This document shows positions 37,689 to 47,320 of a stretch of DNA of 54,640 bases, piece after piece. Source of the stretch: Minisyncoccia bacterium (GTDB lineage: Bacteria; Patescibacteriota; Minisyncoccia; Phycocordibacterales; JAACPR01); NCBI GenBank assembly GCA_047639165.1, contig JBLINH010000002.1, forward strand, positions 1-54,640, given 5' to 3'. The position numbers and the translations under genes are program-made. Each line of letters opens with the position of its first letter. Position 1 is the stretch's first letter. The notes below the pieces were generated by a model that was not told the origin of the DNA, did not search any database, and saw only the letters and a program-made list of their open reading frames with translations.

Positions 37689-39367
37689 TGGTTAGCCAAG
37701 TTTTCAAACTTTTAAACAAAGAGATACGTGGACTCCATGAGGCCGCGTATCTTTTGGCGTTATTCGCTTTTACTTCTCAAATATTAGCTCTTGTACGAGA
37801 TAGGGTATTTGCAGGTAGATTCGGTGCTAGTGAAATTCTTGATGTGTACTATGCAGCTTTCAGAGTACCGGATCTTATATTCGTAGCTGTATCATCACTT
37901 GTTTCTGTTTCAGTTCTTGTTCCGTTCCTCACAAAATACCTAGACAAAGGAAAAGAAGAAACAAAAGAATTTATGAACAGTATATTTACTGTTGTTATAT
38001 TTCTTTCTATTCTTCTTAGTACGCTTGCTCTTTTGTTTGCAGAACAAATATTGAATATCTTTGTTCCAGAACTTTTGAGTGGTGAGTACGGTAGGGATCT
38101 TGTTATTCTAACTCAAATAATGTTGTTACAACCTTTCTTCCTTTCATTATCAAACTTGTTTGGAAGTTTGGCTCAGGTATACAAAAAATTCTTTGTGTAT
38201 GCACTTAGTCCAGTTCTCTACAATCTTGGAATATTGGTTGGTTTGTTGTTCTTCTATCCAATCTATGGAATAGCGGGTCTTGCAATAGGAGTTGTCTTGG
38301 GAGCTCTACTTCATCTTTTGATTCAAATTCCAACAGCTTTAAAGACAGGATTGATTCCTAGATTTACCGGTAGGGTAAAAGCAAAGTATATTACTGAAGT
38401 TCTTACACTCTCAGTTCCAAGAACATTTGCACTCACCGCAAATCAGTTGGTACTCATATTCTTAATCTCTCTTGCGGGAACTATGATTCAGGGTTCAATT
38501 TCAATCTTCACATTGTCATTCAATCTTCAAGCGGTACCGCTATCAATTATTGGAGTTAGCTATTCCATAGCTGCTTTTCCTTCTCTTTCCAGATTCTTTG
38601 CAGATGGAAACATGTCATCATTCTTGGAGCACATCGTTCGTGCTACAAAGCATATAATCTTCTGGTCTCTTCCTGTCGCTGTTCTTTTCATTGTTCTTCG
38701 AGCTCAGATTGTTCGTACAGTTCTCGGAGCTGGTGAGTTTAGTTGGACCGACACCAGACTAACTGCCGCAGCTCTAGCTCTTTTTGCAGTATCTATACTG
38801 GCACAAAGTCTCATACTTCTTTTTGTTCGGGGGTACTACTCAGCAGGAGAGACAAAGAAACCACTTTTCTTTGCAACCATCTCAACTCTAGTAACTATCA
38901 TTTCAGCGTATGGATTGGTTTTTGTTTTCAATCATCTAGAATCTTTCAGATTGATCATTGAAAGATTGTTGAAAGTTGATGGTATAGACGGAACTGTCAT
39001 ATTGATGCTCCCTCTTGCATATTCCATTGGACAGATTCTATACGCTTTCCTTCTTTGGGTTTCATTTGATAACAAGTACAAGTGTTTTTCCGAGTCTGTT
39101 TGGAGACCAGCAATACATAGCTTAGGAGCTTCACTCATTATGGGGTATGTGGCATTTCTAATGCTACAAGTTCTGGATGATGTATTCGATCTGGATACTT
39201 TCATGGGTATATTCTTGCAAGGATTCATATCAGGAGTGGCAGGTATAGCAGTTGGTATATTAGTGCTCGTGGTGCTCAAAAATGAGGAGATTAAGACGGT
39301 TTGGGGAACGCTCCATAAGAAAATATGGAAAACTAAGCTTATAGTGGCTGAAAGGGATGAGGTGTAG
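37688..39367 (+). CDS. murJ: lipid II flippase MurJ/MviN
   Basis: AGRFGASEILDVYYAAFRVPDLIF and about 14 TM helices. Confidence 0.85.
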   Translation: MVSQVFKLLNKEIRGLHEAAYLLALFAFTSQILALVRDRVFAGRFGASEILDVYYAAFRVPDLIFVAVSSLVSVSVLVPFLTKYLDKGKEETKEFMNSIFTVVIFLSILLSTLALLFAEQILNIFVPELLSGEYGRDLVILTQIMLLQPFFLSLSNLFGSLAQVYKKFFVYALSPVLYNLGILVGLLFFYPIYGIAGLAIGVVLGALLHLLIQIPTALKTGLIPRFTGRVKAKYITEVLTLSVPRTFALTANQLVLIFLISLAGTMIQGSISIFTLSFNLQAVPLSIIGVSYSIAAFPSLSRFFADGNMSSFLEHIVRATKHIIFWSLPVAVLFIVLRAQIVRTVLGAGEFSWTDTRLTAAALALFAVSILAQSLILLFVRGYYSAGETKKPLFFATISTLVTIISAYGLVFVFNHLESFRLIIERLLKVDGIDGTVILMLPLAYSIGQILYAFLLWVSFDNKYKCFSESVWRPAIHSLGASLIMGYVAFLMLQVLDDVFDLDTFMGIFLQGFISGVAGIAVGILVLVVLKNEEIKTVWGTLHKKIWKTKLIVAERDEV

Positions 39368-39398
39368 TGTTTTTCTTACTTTCTGTTAGTATTTCATC

Positions 39399-41186
39399 AT
39401 GAATCTATCAAACATTAGAAACTTTTCTATCATAGCTCACATAGACCACGGTAAGAGTACTCTTGCTGATAGGATGCTTGAAGTTACTCATACTATTGAG
39501 AAGCGAGATATGAAAGATCGTGTTCTTGATGATATGGAGCTTGAACGTGAAAGGGGGATTACGATAAAGATGAGACCTGTGAGGATGGAGTATGAAGGAT
39601 ACGTTTTGAACCTAATCGATACTCCAGGACACATTGATTTCTCATACGAGGTATCACGTGCGCTGAAAGCCGTTGAAGGATCTATTCTTTTGGTGGACGC
39701 CACACAAGGAGTTCAGGCTCAGACCTTCACAACACTTGATATGGCTCGTGAACTTGGAGTTACTATCATCCCAGTACTTTCAAAAGTGGACTCACCACTT
39801 TCAAGGGTGGAGGAAGTCACAAAAGAAATTTGTGATCTTTTGAAATGTGAGAAAGAAGACATTCTTCTGTCTTCAGGAAAAACTGGTGAAGGTGTAAAAG
39901 AACTAATTGATGAAGTCATCAAGAAAGTTCCTGAACCCAAAACAACATATACAAATCCAAATGATTTTAGAGCTTTGGTTTTTGATTTTCAATACTCAAA
40001 TCACAAAGGTGTGATTGTTTACGTTAGAGTTTTAGATGGAGAGGTAAAAAAGAATAGTACTCTTTTGTTTAAAGAGGCAAATGAAAAGTTCATATCACTA
40101 TCAACAGGAATATTCGAACCTGGAGAAAAAGAAAAAGATGTTCTAACTGCTGGAGAAATTGGATACATTGTGACCGGGATAAAGAGACCTGGCGTCGCTT
40201 CAGTTGGAGATACTATTGTAAATCTAAAGAATCCAATAGATGCTTTTCCTGGATATAATCAACCTAATCCAGTTGTTTGGGCCAGTATTTTCCCTGAGAG
40301 TCAGGATGATTTTGATGTATTGAGACAAGCTCTTTTACGTCTAAAACTTTCAGATTCGTCATATACTTTTGAAGAAGAATCATCAGGAACATTGGGACGT
40401 GGATATAGATGTGGATTCCTTGGAATGCTTCACTTGGAGATCATAACAGAGAGATTGAGAAGGGAATTCAAGCTGGAGTTAGTGGTAACACTTCCAAGTA
40501 TTACGTATATGGTGACTAACAAGAAAGGAGAAGAAACTACAGTTTACTCCCCTACTTTGTTCCCAGAGTACGGAGATATTGCTTCGGTAAAGGAGCCGTG
40601 GGTAAACATTCGGATCATAACTCCAAGTGAATATATGGGTTCTGTAACACAGACACTTTTCAATCATGAAGCAGTTCCTGGGGATATTGAAACTTTTGGT
40701 GACGGACGAAATGCTATACACGCAGAGATGCCACTTCGAGAATTAATGCGAAACTTCTTTGATGAGATAAAAAGTGTTTCATCAGGATATGCATCAATAT
40801 CATATCAACTTGGTGATTTCAGAGATGCTGATGTTTGTAAGTTGGAAGTTTTGGTGGCCGATGAGGAGGTGATAGCTTTTTCAAGAATCGTGGCAAGACA
40901 CAGAGTTCGAGAAGAATCAGAAAGGACAGTAGAGAAGCTGTATAAGGTGTTGCCAAGACAAATGTTTGCTACAAAAATACAAGCCAAAGCTCTTGGAAGA
41001 ATTGTTTCGTCTAAAACTCTTTCAGCTATGAGTAAGAACGTTACCGCTCATCTATACGGTGGGGATATAACAAGAAAAATGAAGCTTCGAGATAAACAAA
41101 AGAAAGGTAAGAAGCGAATGCTTGAACGTGGAAAAGTACATATCTCACACGATGTCTTCCTCAAAATGATGAAGAGTGGAGACTAG
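39399..41186 (+). CDS. lepA: elongation factor 4 (LepA)
   Basis: IRNFSIIAHIDHGKSTLADR, DTPGHIDF and the LepA C-terminal domain (GYASISYQL). Confidence 0.95.
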   Translation: MNLSNIRNFSIIAHIDHGKSTLADRMLEVTHTIEKRDMKDRVLDDMELERERGITIKMRPVRMEYEGYVLNLIDTPGHIDFSYEVSRALKAVEGSILLVDATQGVQAQTFTTLDMARELGVTIIPVLSKVDSPLSRVEEVTKEICDLLKCEKEDILLSSGKTGEGVKELIDEVIKKVPEPKTTYTNPNDFRALVFDFQYSNHKGVIVYVRVLDGEVKKNSTLLFKEANEKFISLSTGIFEPGEKEKDVLTAGEIGYIVTGIKRPGVASVGDTIVNLKNPIDAFPGYNQPNPVVWASIFPESQDDFDVLRQALLRLKLSDSSYTFEEESSGTLGRGYRCGFLGMLHLEIITERLRREFKLELVVTLPSITYMVTNKKGEETTVYSPTLFPEYGDIASVKEPWVNIRIITPSEYMGSVTQTLFNHEAVPGDIETFGDGRNAIHAEMPLRELMRNFFDEIKSVSSGYASISYQLGDFRDADVCKLEVLVADEEVIAFSRIVARHRVREESERTVEKLYKVLPRQMFATKIQAKALGRIVSSKTLSAMSKNVTAHLYGGDITRKMKLRDKQKKGKKRMLERGKVHISHDVFLKMMKSGD

Positions 41187-41187
41187 T

Positions 41188-41304
41188 TTAGAATAGAGAC
41201 ACTATACCTGGTGCATATAACAAGACCATACTTGCAATGATTAGTGATCCAAGAATTATCGATAGCACCCTTATGACTTTCTGTGTTTTCTTATGGAATA
41301 ACAT
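41188..41304 (-). CDS. small hydrophobic peptide, 38 aa (MLFHKKTQKVIRVLSIILGSLIIASMVLLYAPGIVSLF)
   Basis: Hand-translated. It has a basic N-terminus and a single TM helix, and a TATAAT lies 14 nt upstream on the minus strand. It is below the ORF-track cutoff. Confidence 0.3.
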   Translation of the reverse strand: MLFHKKTQKVIRVLSIILGSLIIASMVLLYAPGIVSLF

Positions 41305-41324
41305 ATAGTGTATAATACATTATA

Positions 41325-41711
41325 ATGTCGTATCAATCTAACTTTAGAAAGAAGAATAATATAACAAAGAAGATGTATTCTATTCCTGTGATTATACTCC
41401 TTGTACTTATTCTTGTATTGATAATACGAGGAACTTGGGGAGTCTATCAAAGGGCAAGCATCAGTAGTGATAAACTAGCAGTAGCTCAAGTCAATGTTGG
41501 TAATCTGAACGAAAGACAAGAAAAGATTTCAGGAAAGATTGAAAAACTAAATACTAGTACAGGGATAGAAGAGGAAATCAGAGAGAAATTTAATGTAGTA
41601 AAAGAAGGAGAAGAAATGATCGTTGTAATTAATAAAAATAGTGACAGAGATCTTGATTTAAATGGAAATAAAGGGTCAATATGGAGTAAGTTTTTTCCTT
41701 GGATAAAATAA
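41325..41711 (+). CDS. FtsB/DivIC-like septum formation initiator
   Basis: TM anchor, coiled coil and IEEEIREKFNVVKEGEEMIVV. Confidence 0.55.
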   Translation: MSYQSNFRKKNNITKKMYSIPVIILLVLILVLIIRGTWGVYQRASISSDKLAVAQVNVGNLNERQEKISGKIEKLNTSTGIEEEIREKFNVVKEGEEMIVVINKNSDRDLDLNGNKGSIWSKFFPWIK

Positions 41712-41749
41712 CCTAAAAGTTCTCCCAACCACCCCAAGAAAATACTAAG

Positions 41750-41998
41750 GTGAAGAGAGGTCTAAATACAAAGAAAAACAAGGGTTTTCTTTCTACTATA
41801 GGTACACTAGGAGTTGTAACACTTACAACACTAGCTCTTTCTGTATTTACAATGAACAAAGACTTCTCACCACCAGCTGCTGTAATACAGTTAATACCAG
41901 AGGAAGAAACAGTAGTAGTAGAAGAAGAGATAGATGAGGAACCAGTGAGGGAAGAGATACCAGAAGAAATTGAAGAAGAAGTTATAAAATATCAATAA
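41750..41998 (+). CDS. small membrane-anchored protein with an acidic tail
   Basis: GTG start, a TM helix and a Glu-rich C-terminus. Confidence 0.4.
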   Translation: MKRGLNTKKNKGFLSTIGTLGVVTLTTLALSVFTMNKDFSPPAAVIQLIPEEETVVVEEEIDEEPVREEIPEEIEEEVIKYQ

Positions 41999-42106
41999 AG
42001 TTTTAATACAAAAATAAATTGACTACTCTAACTGTTTTTGATAATATTTAAGGGTTCAAACGAAAAGTCCCCTTTCAGGTTCCGTCCTGCTGGGGTCCTT
42101 TTCATC

Positions 42107-42592
42107 TTATTTTTCAAGTTTACTTTTCAGTTCGTTCATAAAAGATACTTTTTTTCTAGCAAATTTTCTAATTAAAGAAGAGTACCTTTTTGAGTTAGGA
42201 ACAAGTATTATTTTAAACTTATTAACTTTTATTAAATATTCTATTAAACAGTAGAAATCTCCATCTCCAGTAGCTATTATGGCTTTATCAAAATTGTTTA
42301 ATTGTAATATTGTGTGTAAGACTAACTCAGCATCAACATTTCCTTTAATTTTTCCTTCAGAGTCTCTCACTACTGGTTTAAAAATACAAATAAAACCAGA
42401 TCTTCTTAACTTACTGTATAAATTATCGTATTCTTTCATGTATCCAACAAAGATATAGGCATTAGTAACAGAATAGTGTTCTTTTAGATAAATTCTAAAT
42501 TTTGCCCAATCAATTTTCCATCCTAGATCCTTAATTGATCTGTGGACATTTTGCATATCGATAAAAGCATAGTTGTTTTCTTTCTTGTACAT
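42107..42592 (-). CDS. NYN-domain (LabA-like) putative RNase
   Basis: AFIDMQNV...DAELV...ATGDGDF pattern. Confidence 0.75.
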   Translation of the reverse strand: MYKKENNYAFIDMQNVHRSIKDLGWKIDWAKFRIYLKEHYSVTNAYIFVGYMKEYDNLYSKLRRSGFICIFKPVVRDSEGKIKGNVDAELVLHTILQLNNFDKAIIATGDGDFYCLIEYLIKVNKFKIILVPNSKRYSSLIRKFARKKVSFMNELKSKLEK

Positions 42593-42694
42593 AAGTAAGA
42601 AATATTAACATTCTCACCATAAAACCTTCTTCAAAAAATTCTAAATTTACAGTAAATATGATAAAATCATTGTATTAAAATTAAAGATCAAGAT

Positions 42695-42937
42695 ATGGAT
42701 GAATCAAAAAAAGTTGTAATTTACTCAACACCTACATGTACATACTGTAAAATGGCAAAAGAGTTTTTCGGAGCCAACAATGTTGAGTATACAGAGCACG
42801 ATGTATCTGCTGACGATGCAATGAGAACAGAAATGATAGACAAAAGTGGACAGATGGGGGTACCAGTAATTGATGTTAGTGGAGATATTATCGTAGGTTT
42901 TGATGAGCCAAAACTTAGAGAACTACTAGGACTTTAA
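42695..42937 (+). CDS. glutaredoxin-like protein (CTYC), paralog of 24031..24267
   Basis: YSTPTCTYCKMAKEFF...GVPVI. Confidence 0.8.
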   Translation: MDESKKVVIYSTPTCTYCKMAKEFFGANNVEYTEHDVSADDAMRTEMIDKSGQMGVPVIDVSGDIIVGFDEPKLRELLGL

Positions 42938-42946
42938 TATACTTGC

Positions 42947-42980
42947 AAAAGCCCCTAGACGACTCGTCTAGGGGCTTTTG
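42947..42980 (+). terminator. rho-independent terminator
   Basis: Hairpin aaaagcccctagacg / cgtctaggggctttt. Confidence 0.8.
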
Positions 42981-43002
42981 CTATGGTAAGGTAATCTGTA
43001 AT

Positions 43003-43074
43003 GTCCTTGTAGTTTAATGGATAGAACAAGTCCCTCCTAAGGACTAGATGCAGGTTCGATTCCTGCCTGGGACA
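43003..43074 (+). tRNA. tRNA-Arg (anticodon CCU)
   Basis: Hand-folded cloverleaf. The anticodon stem is AGTCC/GGACT with loop CTCCTAA, and the T-arm is GCAGG-TTCGATT-CCTGC. There is one acceptor mismatch. Confidence 0.85.
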
Positions 43075-43121
43075 CAATTAAACTCTTTATCTTTCCTATA
43101 TTTCTGCTAGAATGCTTAGGT

Positions 43122-43403
43122 ATGGACACAGATAAAGAGATACTAAAACTCCAAGAAACAGTAAAGGAGAACAACAGGATGCTTAAGAAGATCCAATCTA
43201 GAATGAGATGGGTAGCATTTAGCTCTATTATTAAGTGGGTTATATATATTGGTATCGCAGTCGGATCATGGTACTATATTCAACCGTTCGTAGATCAACT
43301 AAGAGCTACGATAAGTAGTGTTCAAGAAGCAGGGGGAGCAGTTACAGACTTGAAAAATAGTGCTGAACTAGGACCTTTGTTTGAATACTTCGGAAGAGAG
43401 TAA
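43122..43403 (+). CDS. hypothetical membrane protein, 93 aa
   Basis: ATG start and one TM helix. No recognisable domain. Confidence 0.5.
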   Translation: MDTDKEILKLQETVKENNRMLKKIQSRMRWVAFSSIIKWVIYIGIAVGSWYYIQPFVDQLRATISSVQEAGGAVTDLKNSAELGPLFEYFGRE

Positions 43404-43445
43404 ATAGTTTGGTTATTGGTGCAGCACAAAAGCTAAAAGTTTAAT

Positions 43446-43521
43446 GTCAGGATAGCTCAGTTGGTAGAGCATTCGCTTGAAGAGCGAGGGGTCGGCGGTT
43501 CAAGTCCGCCTCCTGACACCA
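43446..43521 (+). tRNA. tRNA-Phe (anticodon GAA), CCA encoded
   Basis: GTCAGGATAGCTCAGTTGGTAGAGC...TTGAAGA...GGCGGTTCAAGTCCGCCTCCTGACACCA. Confidence 0.95.
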
Positions 43522-43746
43522 GAAAAAGAGTTTATTTGAGGGGCTTTATTGAATGTTATATAATCTCCCCAGATCAAAGGTTCAATACTACTGATCTAAG
43601 ATTAGAAAAAAATAGCATAGAACAAGCAGAGCACAGATCATGAAGAAGAGTTTGCCGTCATATGAAAGCTGAAATGACTCTGGTGAAGTTAGTGATTAAA
43701 GAAAAGCTTGGTGTAGAAGTCTCGATTCAAGGAGTGTAATTATAAA

Positions 43747-43772
43747 GAAAAAACCGGTTTAACCGGTTTTTT
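43747..43772. terminator. bidirectional terminator
   Basis: aaaaaaccggtttaaccggtttttt. Confidence 0.75.
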
Positions 43773-43774
43773 CT

Positions 43775-44281
43775 TTATTTAGTTTTAACTTGAAGCTTTG
43801 TCTTTCTGTTTTTATCTAGCTTAGGTAATCTGATAGTTAGTAACCCATGTTTCTCCATAGCTTCAGCAAGATCAACATCTATTTCTTCTGGAAGAGTTAT
43901 GATTCTTTCAAACGATCCCCAGTAGAGCTCTTTGTGATAGTAGTCATCTTCTGATATTTCATGTATTTCTTCTCTAGTTCCTGAGATAGTAACAGTGTCT
44001 CTTGAAATATCTAAGTCTAAATCACTTGGTTTTACTCCAGCGACCATGGCTTGAATAATGATTTCATCTTCTGTCTGCATCACATCAACGGAAAGCTCCC
44101 CTGCATCATCTGGTTGCGATATGCTGTTTTCTATAACATGATCCTCTTCATGAGAGTTATCCTCCATAGCATCTTCATCCATAAACTCGTCATCTTCGAT
44201 GAACTCATCATCAAAATCATCAACAGTGATACTGCCGGTTAACTTCTCAAAAAAAGATTTCTTTTTCTTCTTTCCAAACAT
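43775..44281 (-). CDS. Hsp20/alpha-crystallin small heat-shock protein with an acidic N-terminal extension
   Basis: ACD pattern: DVMQTEDEIIIQAMVAGVKPSDLDLDI...GSFERIITLPEEID...GLLTIRLPK. Confidence 0.85.
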   Translation of the reverse strand: MFGKKKKKSFFEKLTGSITVDDFDDEFIEDDEFMDEDAMEDNSHEEDHVIENSISQPDDAGELSVDVMQTEDEIIIQAMVAGVKPSDLDLDISRDTVTISGTREEIHEISEDDYYHKELYWGSFERIITLPEEIDVDLAEAMEKHGLLTIRLPKLDKNRKTKLQVKTK

Positions 44282-44283
44282 TT

Positions 44284-45015
44284 TTATTTGATCTTATTAA
44301 GGTGAATTTTTTTAACTTTCTCGAATAAGAGTATTATAGAAACAATTAATATCCAAACGATAGAAAATGCTAATAAAACACTTACATTGGTACTTATTAT
44401 AAAGAAATTAAAAATTGTATGCAACATAATTGATAGGATAATTCCTGTAAGTAAATATTCTTTTCTAGTTCTCTTGTTGTTAAAGTATGAAAATGAAAGA
44501 CATAACCCAATAATAGCTGATGCTCCAACGTGTAGTAGGGTAGCACCTATGAATCTCATGTTTGTAACTATAAAAGCGTTAGCTAAGCTACCATCGATTA
44601 ATGGATTGATTAGAAAGAGAACGTTCTCTCCTGCTGAAAAACCTAATGCTGCTGTGATTAGGTAGATGATAGGATCAATTGGCTCATTGTTGGCCTTTTT
44701 ATCTAACCCACCTTTCTTAGCTGCAAAGTATTTTAATATTTCTTCTATGGAAGCCCAAAGAATGATTACTATAAAAGATGTAAGGCTCAAAAGTGCCACT
44801 TCACTTTCAATAGATGTTTCAATAAAAAGGAAGTCGACTACGTATTCAAGTATAAAAGCCAAAGGAACCATAAGGATACCAAAGAAGAAGGTAAGAAAAA
44901 TTAACCTACCTGGTTCGGGGTGTTTTTCATCTTCTCTCAACCAGAAAAAAAGCCATATTACTGCTGGTGTTATTCCGCCTATGAAAGAGAGTGTCAGTGT
45001 TAGAGTTGGTGTCAT
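44284..45015 (-). CDS. PrsW-family intramembrane metalloprotease
   Basis: EEILKY (EExxK) and HTIFNF (HxxxN) motifs in a polytopic protein. Confidence 0.75.
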   Translation of the reverse strand: MTPTLTLTLSFIGGITPAVIWLFFWLREDEKHPEPGRLIFLTFFFGILMVPLAFILEYVVDFLFIETSIESEVALLSLTSFIVIILWASIEEILKYFAAKKGGLDKKANNEPIDPIIYLITAALGFSAGENVLFLINPLIDGSLANAFIVTNMRFIGATLLHVGASAIIGLCLSFSYFNNKRTRKEYLLTGIILSIMLHTIFNFFIISTNVSVLLAFSIVWILIVSIILLFEKVKKIHLNKIK

Positions 45016-45016
45016 T

Positions 45017-47176
45017 TTAGGTTGGCCACTTTTCTACCATCAGTAGTGACTTCTTATCATTATACGGTAATAGTGACCAAATTTCTTCAGTTATAAAAGG
45101 AGTAAATGGGTGTAATACTTTCAAAAGATTTGTAAGAAGGTAGTACAATGTCCACTTAGCACTGTCGTCCATTCTGTTCTTTGTATCTTCGATGATCACG
45201 TCAGCGAAAGTATGCCAGAAGTAGTGGTACAGTTTCTCGCCAGCAAGATAGAACTTGTATGACTCAATATCTCCAGAAATTTCTTTAAGAACTGTTTCAA
45301 ACTCATCTATATACTTTTGATCTTGTTCATGAAGAGTTGGTTTTTCCTCACTTATACCCTCAGTGTTTTCCACCACGAATCTAGATGCATTCCATATCTT
45401 GTTTGAAAACTTCTTGTAGGCTTTTATCTTTTCTTCTGAAAGGTTGGAATCATTACCAGGACCAATACCTACAATTAGTGAAAGTCGAACTGCGTCAGTT
45501 CCGTATTTTTCAATCATATCTAGGGGATCAACAATGTTTCCAAGAGATTTACTCATCTTCTTTCCTTTTGGATCTTTTACCAAACCATGCAGGTATGTTG
45601 TCTTGAATGGAATTTGTCCTGTGTGGTATGTGCTCATTAGGATCATTCTGGCTACCCAGAAGAATATAATGTCATATCCAGTCTCTAGAATGTTTGTTGG
45701 ATGGTATTTTTTGAAGTCTTCCGTATTCTCAGGCCATCCCAAGGTTGTGAAAGTCCAAAGACCTGAAGAGAACCATGTATCAAGAGTATCTTCATCTTGT
45801 TCCCATCCATCACCACTAGGTTCCTCACCAACGGTAATGTCGTTACCTTTGTACCAAACAGGGATTCTGTGACCGTACCAGATTTGTCTTGAGATGCACC
45901 AGTCTCGAAGATTTTCGATCCAATTGAAATATACTTTTTCAAATCTCTCTGGGATTATATTTATCTGATCACTCTTTATGGTGTGGAGCATTAGTTCTTT
46001 TAGAGTTACTTCTTGCCCTTCTGCAATTCCATTTATTTCAGAATGTTTCATCTTGAATTTTTTGTCCACTGCCACAAACCACTGTCGCATTATCTGTGGT
46101 TCGATGATTCCGCCGGTTCTCTCCGCTGTAGCTAATGAGTGTTCATATTTGTCATCAATCTTTTCAACTAGTCCTTTTGATTCTAGTTTTCCGATTATTT
46201 TTTCTCTGGCTTCTGTAATTTTCATTCCCTCAAACTCCTCTGCTACAGGAAGGAGCTTTCCGTACTTATCGATAATTTGTTCTTTATCTAAACCATGTCT
46301 TTCTGCAATATCAAAGTCAGTAGAATCGTGCCATGGTGTGATTGTCATTACACCAGTACCAAACTCCATATCAATAGATATATCTTTGATTATAGTGGCC
46401 TTAATTGGCCCATTTATCCATTCTAGCTCGATTTCTTGTCCTTCTTTATACTCTGTATACCTTTTGTCTTCAGGATGCATTACGACGTACTTATCACCAA
46501 ACTTTGTTTCAGGTCTTGAGGTACCGATTACAAAAGGACCATACTTTAGATAGTAGAATTTTGTGGTCTCATCAACACGAACAACCTCATCATCAGAGAT
46601 AGTTGTTTGACCTTTTGGATCCCAGTTAACGATTCTATCTCCCTGATATATTAGATCGTCATCATGCATGTCTTTGAAAGCTTTTCGTACAGCTTTACTC
46701 CTTTCATCATCAAGAGTGTATGCCTCACGAGACCAGTCTACAGATGCACCCATTGATCTAATCTGACCAACGATGGTGTTATGACTATCTGACGCAAACT
46801 CTTCGACTTTCTTTAGAAATTTCTCTCGTCCAAGATCTTGTCTCCTTACTTTCTCTTTTGAAAGAAGTTTCTCGACTTTTGATTGTGTGGCGATAGCAGC
46901 ATGATCTGTTCCAGGAATCCAAAGAGTTTGTTTTCCTTTCATTCGATTATATCGAACCATGATGTCTTGTATGGCAAGCATTGAAGCATGTCCCATGTGA
47001 AGATTACCCGTTACGTTTGGTGGGGGAAGAACTATTGAAAAAGTCTCTGCATCATTTGATGTGTGTCCATCTTCGATACATTTATCTGGGTTGAATAGTC
47101 CGCTTTCTTCCCATATTTTATATATTCTACTCTCAGTTTCTTGAGGTTCGTACGGTTTGAGGAATTTGTCATTCAT
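45017..47176 (-). CDS. valS: valyl-tRNA synthetase, short form without the C-terminal coiled coil
   Basis: PPPNVTGNLHMGHA (HIGH) and KMSKSLGN (KMSKS). The first ATG (MNDKFLKPYEP) is at 47176; the track start at 47269 is TTG and reads through a terminator hairpin. Confidence 0.93.
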   Translation of the reverse strand: MNDKFLKPYEPQETESRIYKIWEESGLFNPDKCIEDGHTSNDAETFSIVLPPPNVTGNLHMGHASMLAIQDIMVRYNRMKGKQTLWIPGTDHAAIATQSKVEKLLSKEKVRRQDLGREKFLKKVEEFASDSHNTIVGQIRSMGASVDWSREAYTLDDERSKAVRKAFKDMHDDDLIYQGDRIVNWDPKGQTTISDDEVVRVDETTKFYYLKYGPFVIGTSRPETKFGDKYVVMHPEDKRYTEYKEGQEIELEWINGPIKATIIKDISIDMEFGTGVMTITPWHDSTDFDIAERHGLDKEQIIDKYGKLLPVAEEFEGMKITEAREKIIGKLESKGLVEKIDDKYEHSLATAERTGGIIEPQIMRQWFVAVDKKFKMKHSEINGIAEGQEVTLKELMLHTIKSDQINIIPERFEKVYFNWIENLRDWCISRQIWYGHRIPVWYKGNDITVGEEPSGDGWEQDEDTLDTWFSSGLWTFTTLGWPENTEDFKKYHPTNILETGYDIIFFWVARMILMSTYHTGQIPFKTTYLHGLVKDPKGKKMSKSLGNIVDPLDMIEKYGTDAVRLSLIVGIGPGNDSNLSEEKIKAYKKFSNKIWNASRFVVENTEGISEEKPTLHEQDQKYIDEFETVLKEISGDIESYKFYLAGEKLYHYFWHTFADVIIEDTKNRMDDSAKWTLYYLLTNLLKVLHPFTPFITEEIWSLLPYNDKKSLLMVEKWPT

Positions 47177-47211
47177 AGGGGAAATATTAGCAGAAAATAG
47201 GGGATTGATAA

Positions 47212-47283
47212 AGAAAAAAGCCCGCATAGGATTAAATTGTTCCACGAAGTGCTTGGGGCACTCACACAATTAATCCTATGCGG
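47212..47283 (-). terminator. long hairpin terminator between tsaD and valS
   Basis: 14-bp stem ccgcataggattaa / ttaatcctatgcgg with a 34-nt apical region, then GCTTTTTTC on the minus strand. Confidence 0.7.
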
Positions 47284-47320
47284 ACGGGGGGATATTCTTT
47301 TTTAATAGTACACTATCATT

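Noticed and set aside
43461-43643. 60-aa ORF in the track.
   Set aside because: It starts inside tRNA-Phe and so overlaps a well-supported tRNA gene. It has no independent support as a coding sequence.
3362-46553. Numerous antisense or out-of-frame ORFs of 60-200 aa nested in confident genes. Examples are 3362..3739, 12021..12617, 14349..14684, 17412..17894, 26326..26700 and 45978..46553.
   Set aside because: They lie entirely within strongly supported genes on the opposite strand or in another frame. Their translations are low-complexity, as is typical of shadow ORFs.
47177-47269. The N-terminal extension of valS (MCECPKHFVEQFNPMRAFFFINPLFSANISP), and the possibility of a T-box leader.
   Set aside because: The extension starts at TTG and translates the tsaD terminator hairpin. 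The spacer is too short and lacks the conserved T-box sequence.
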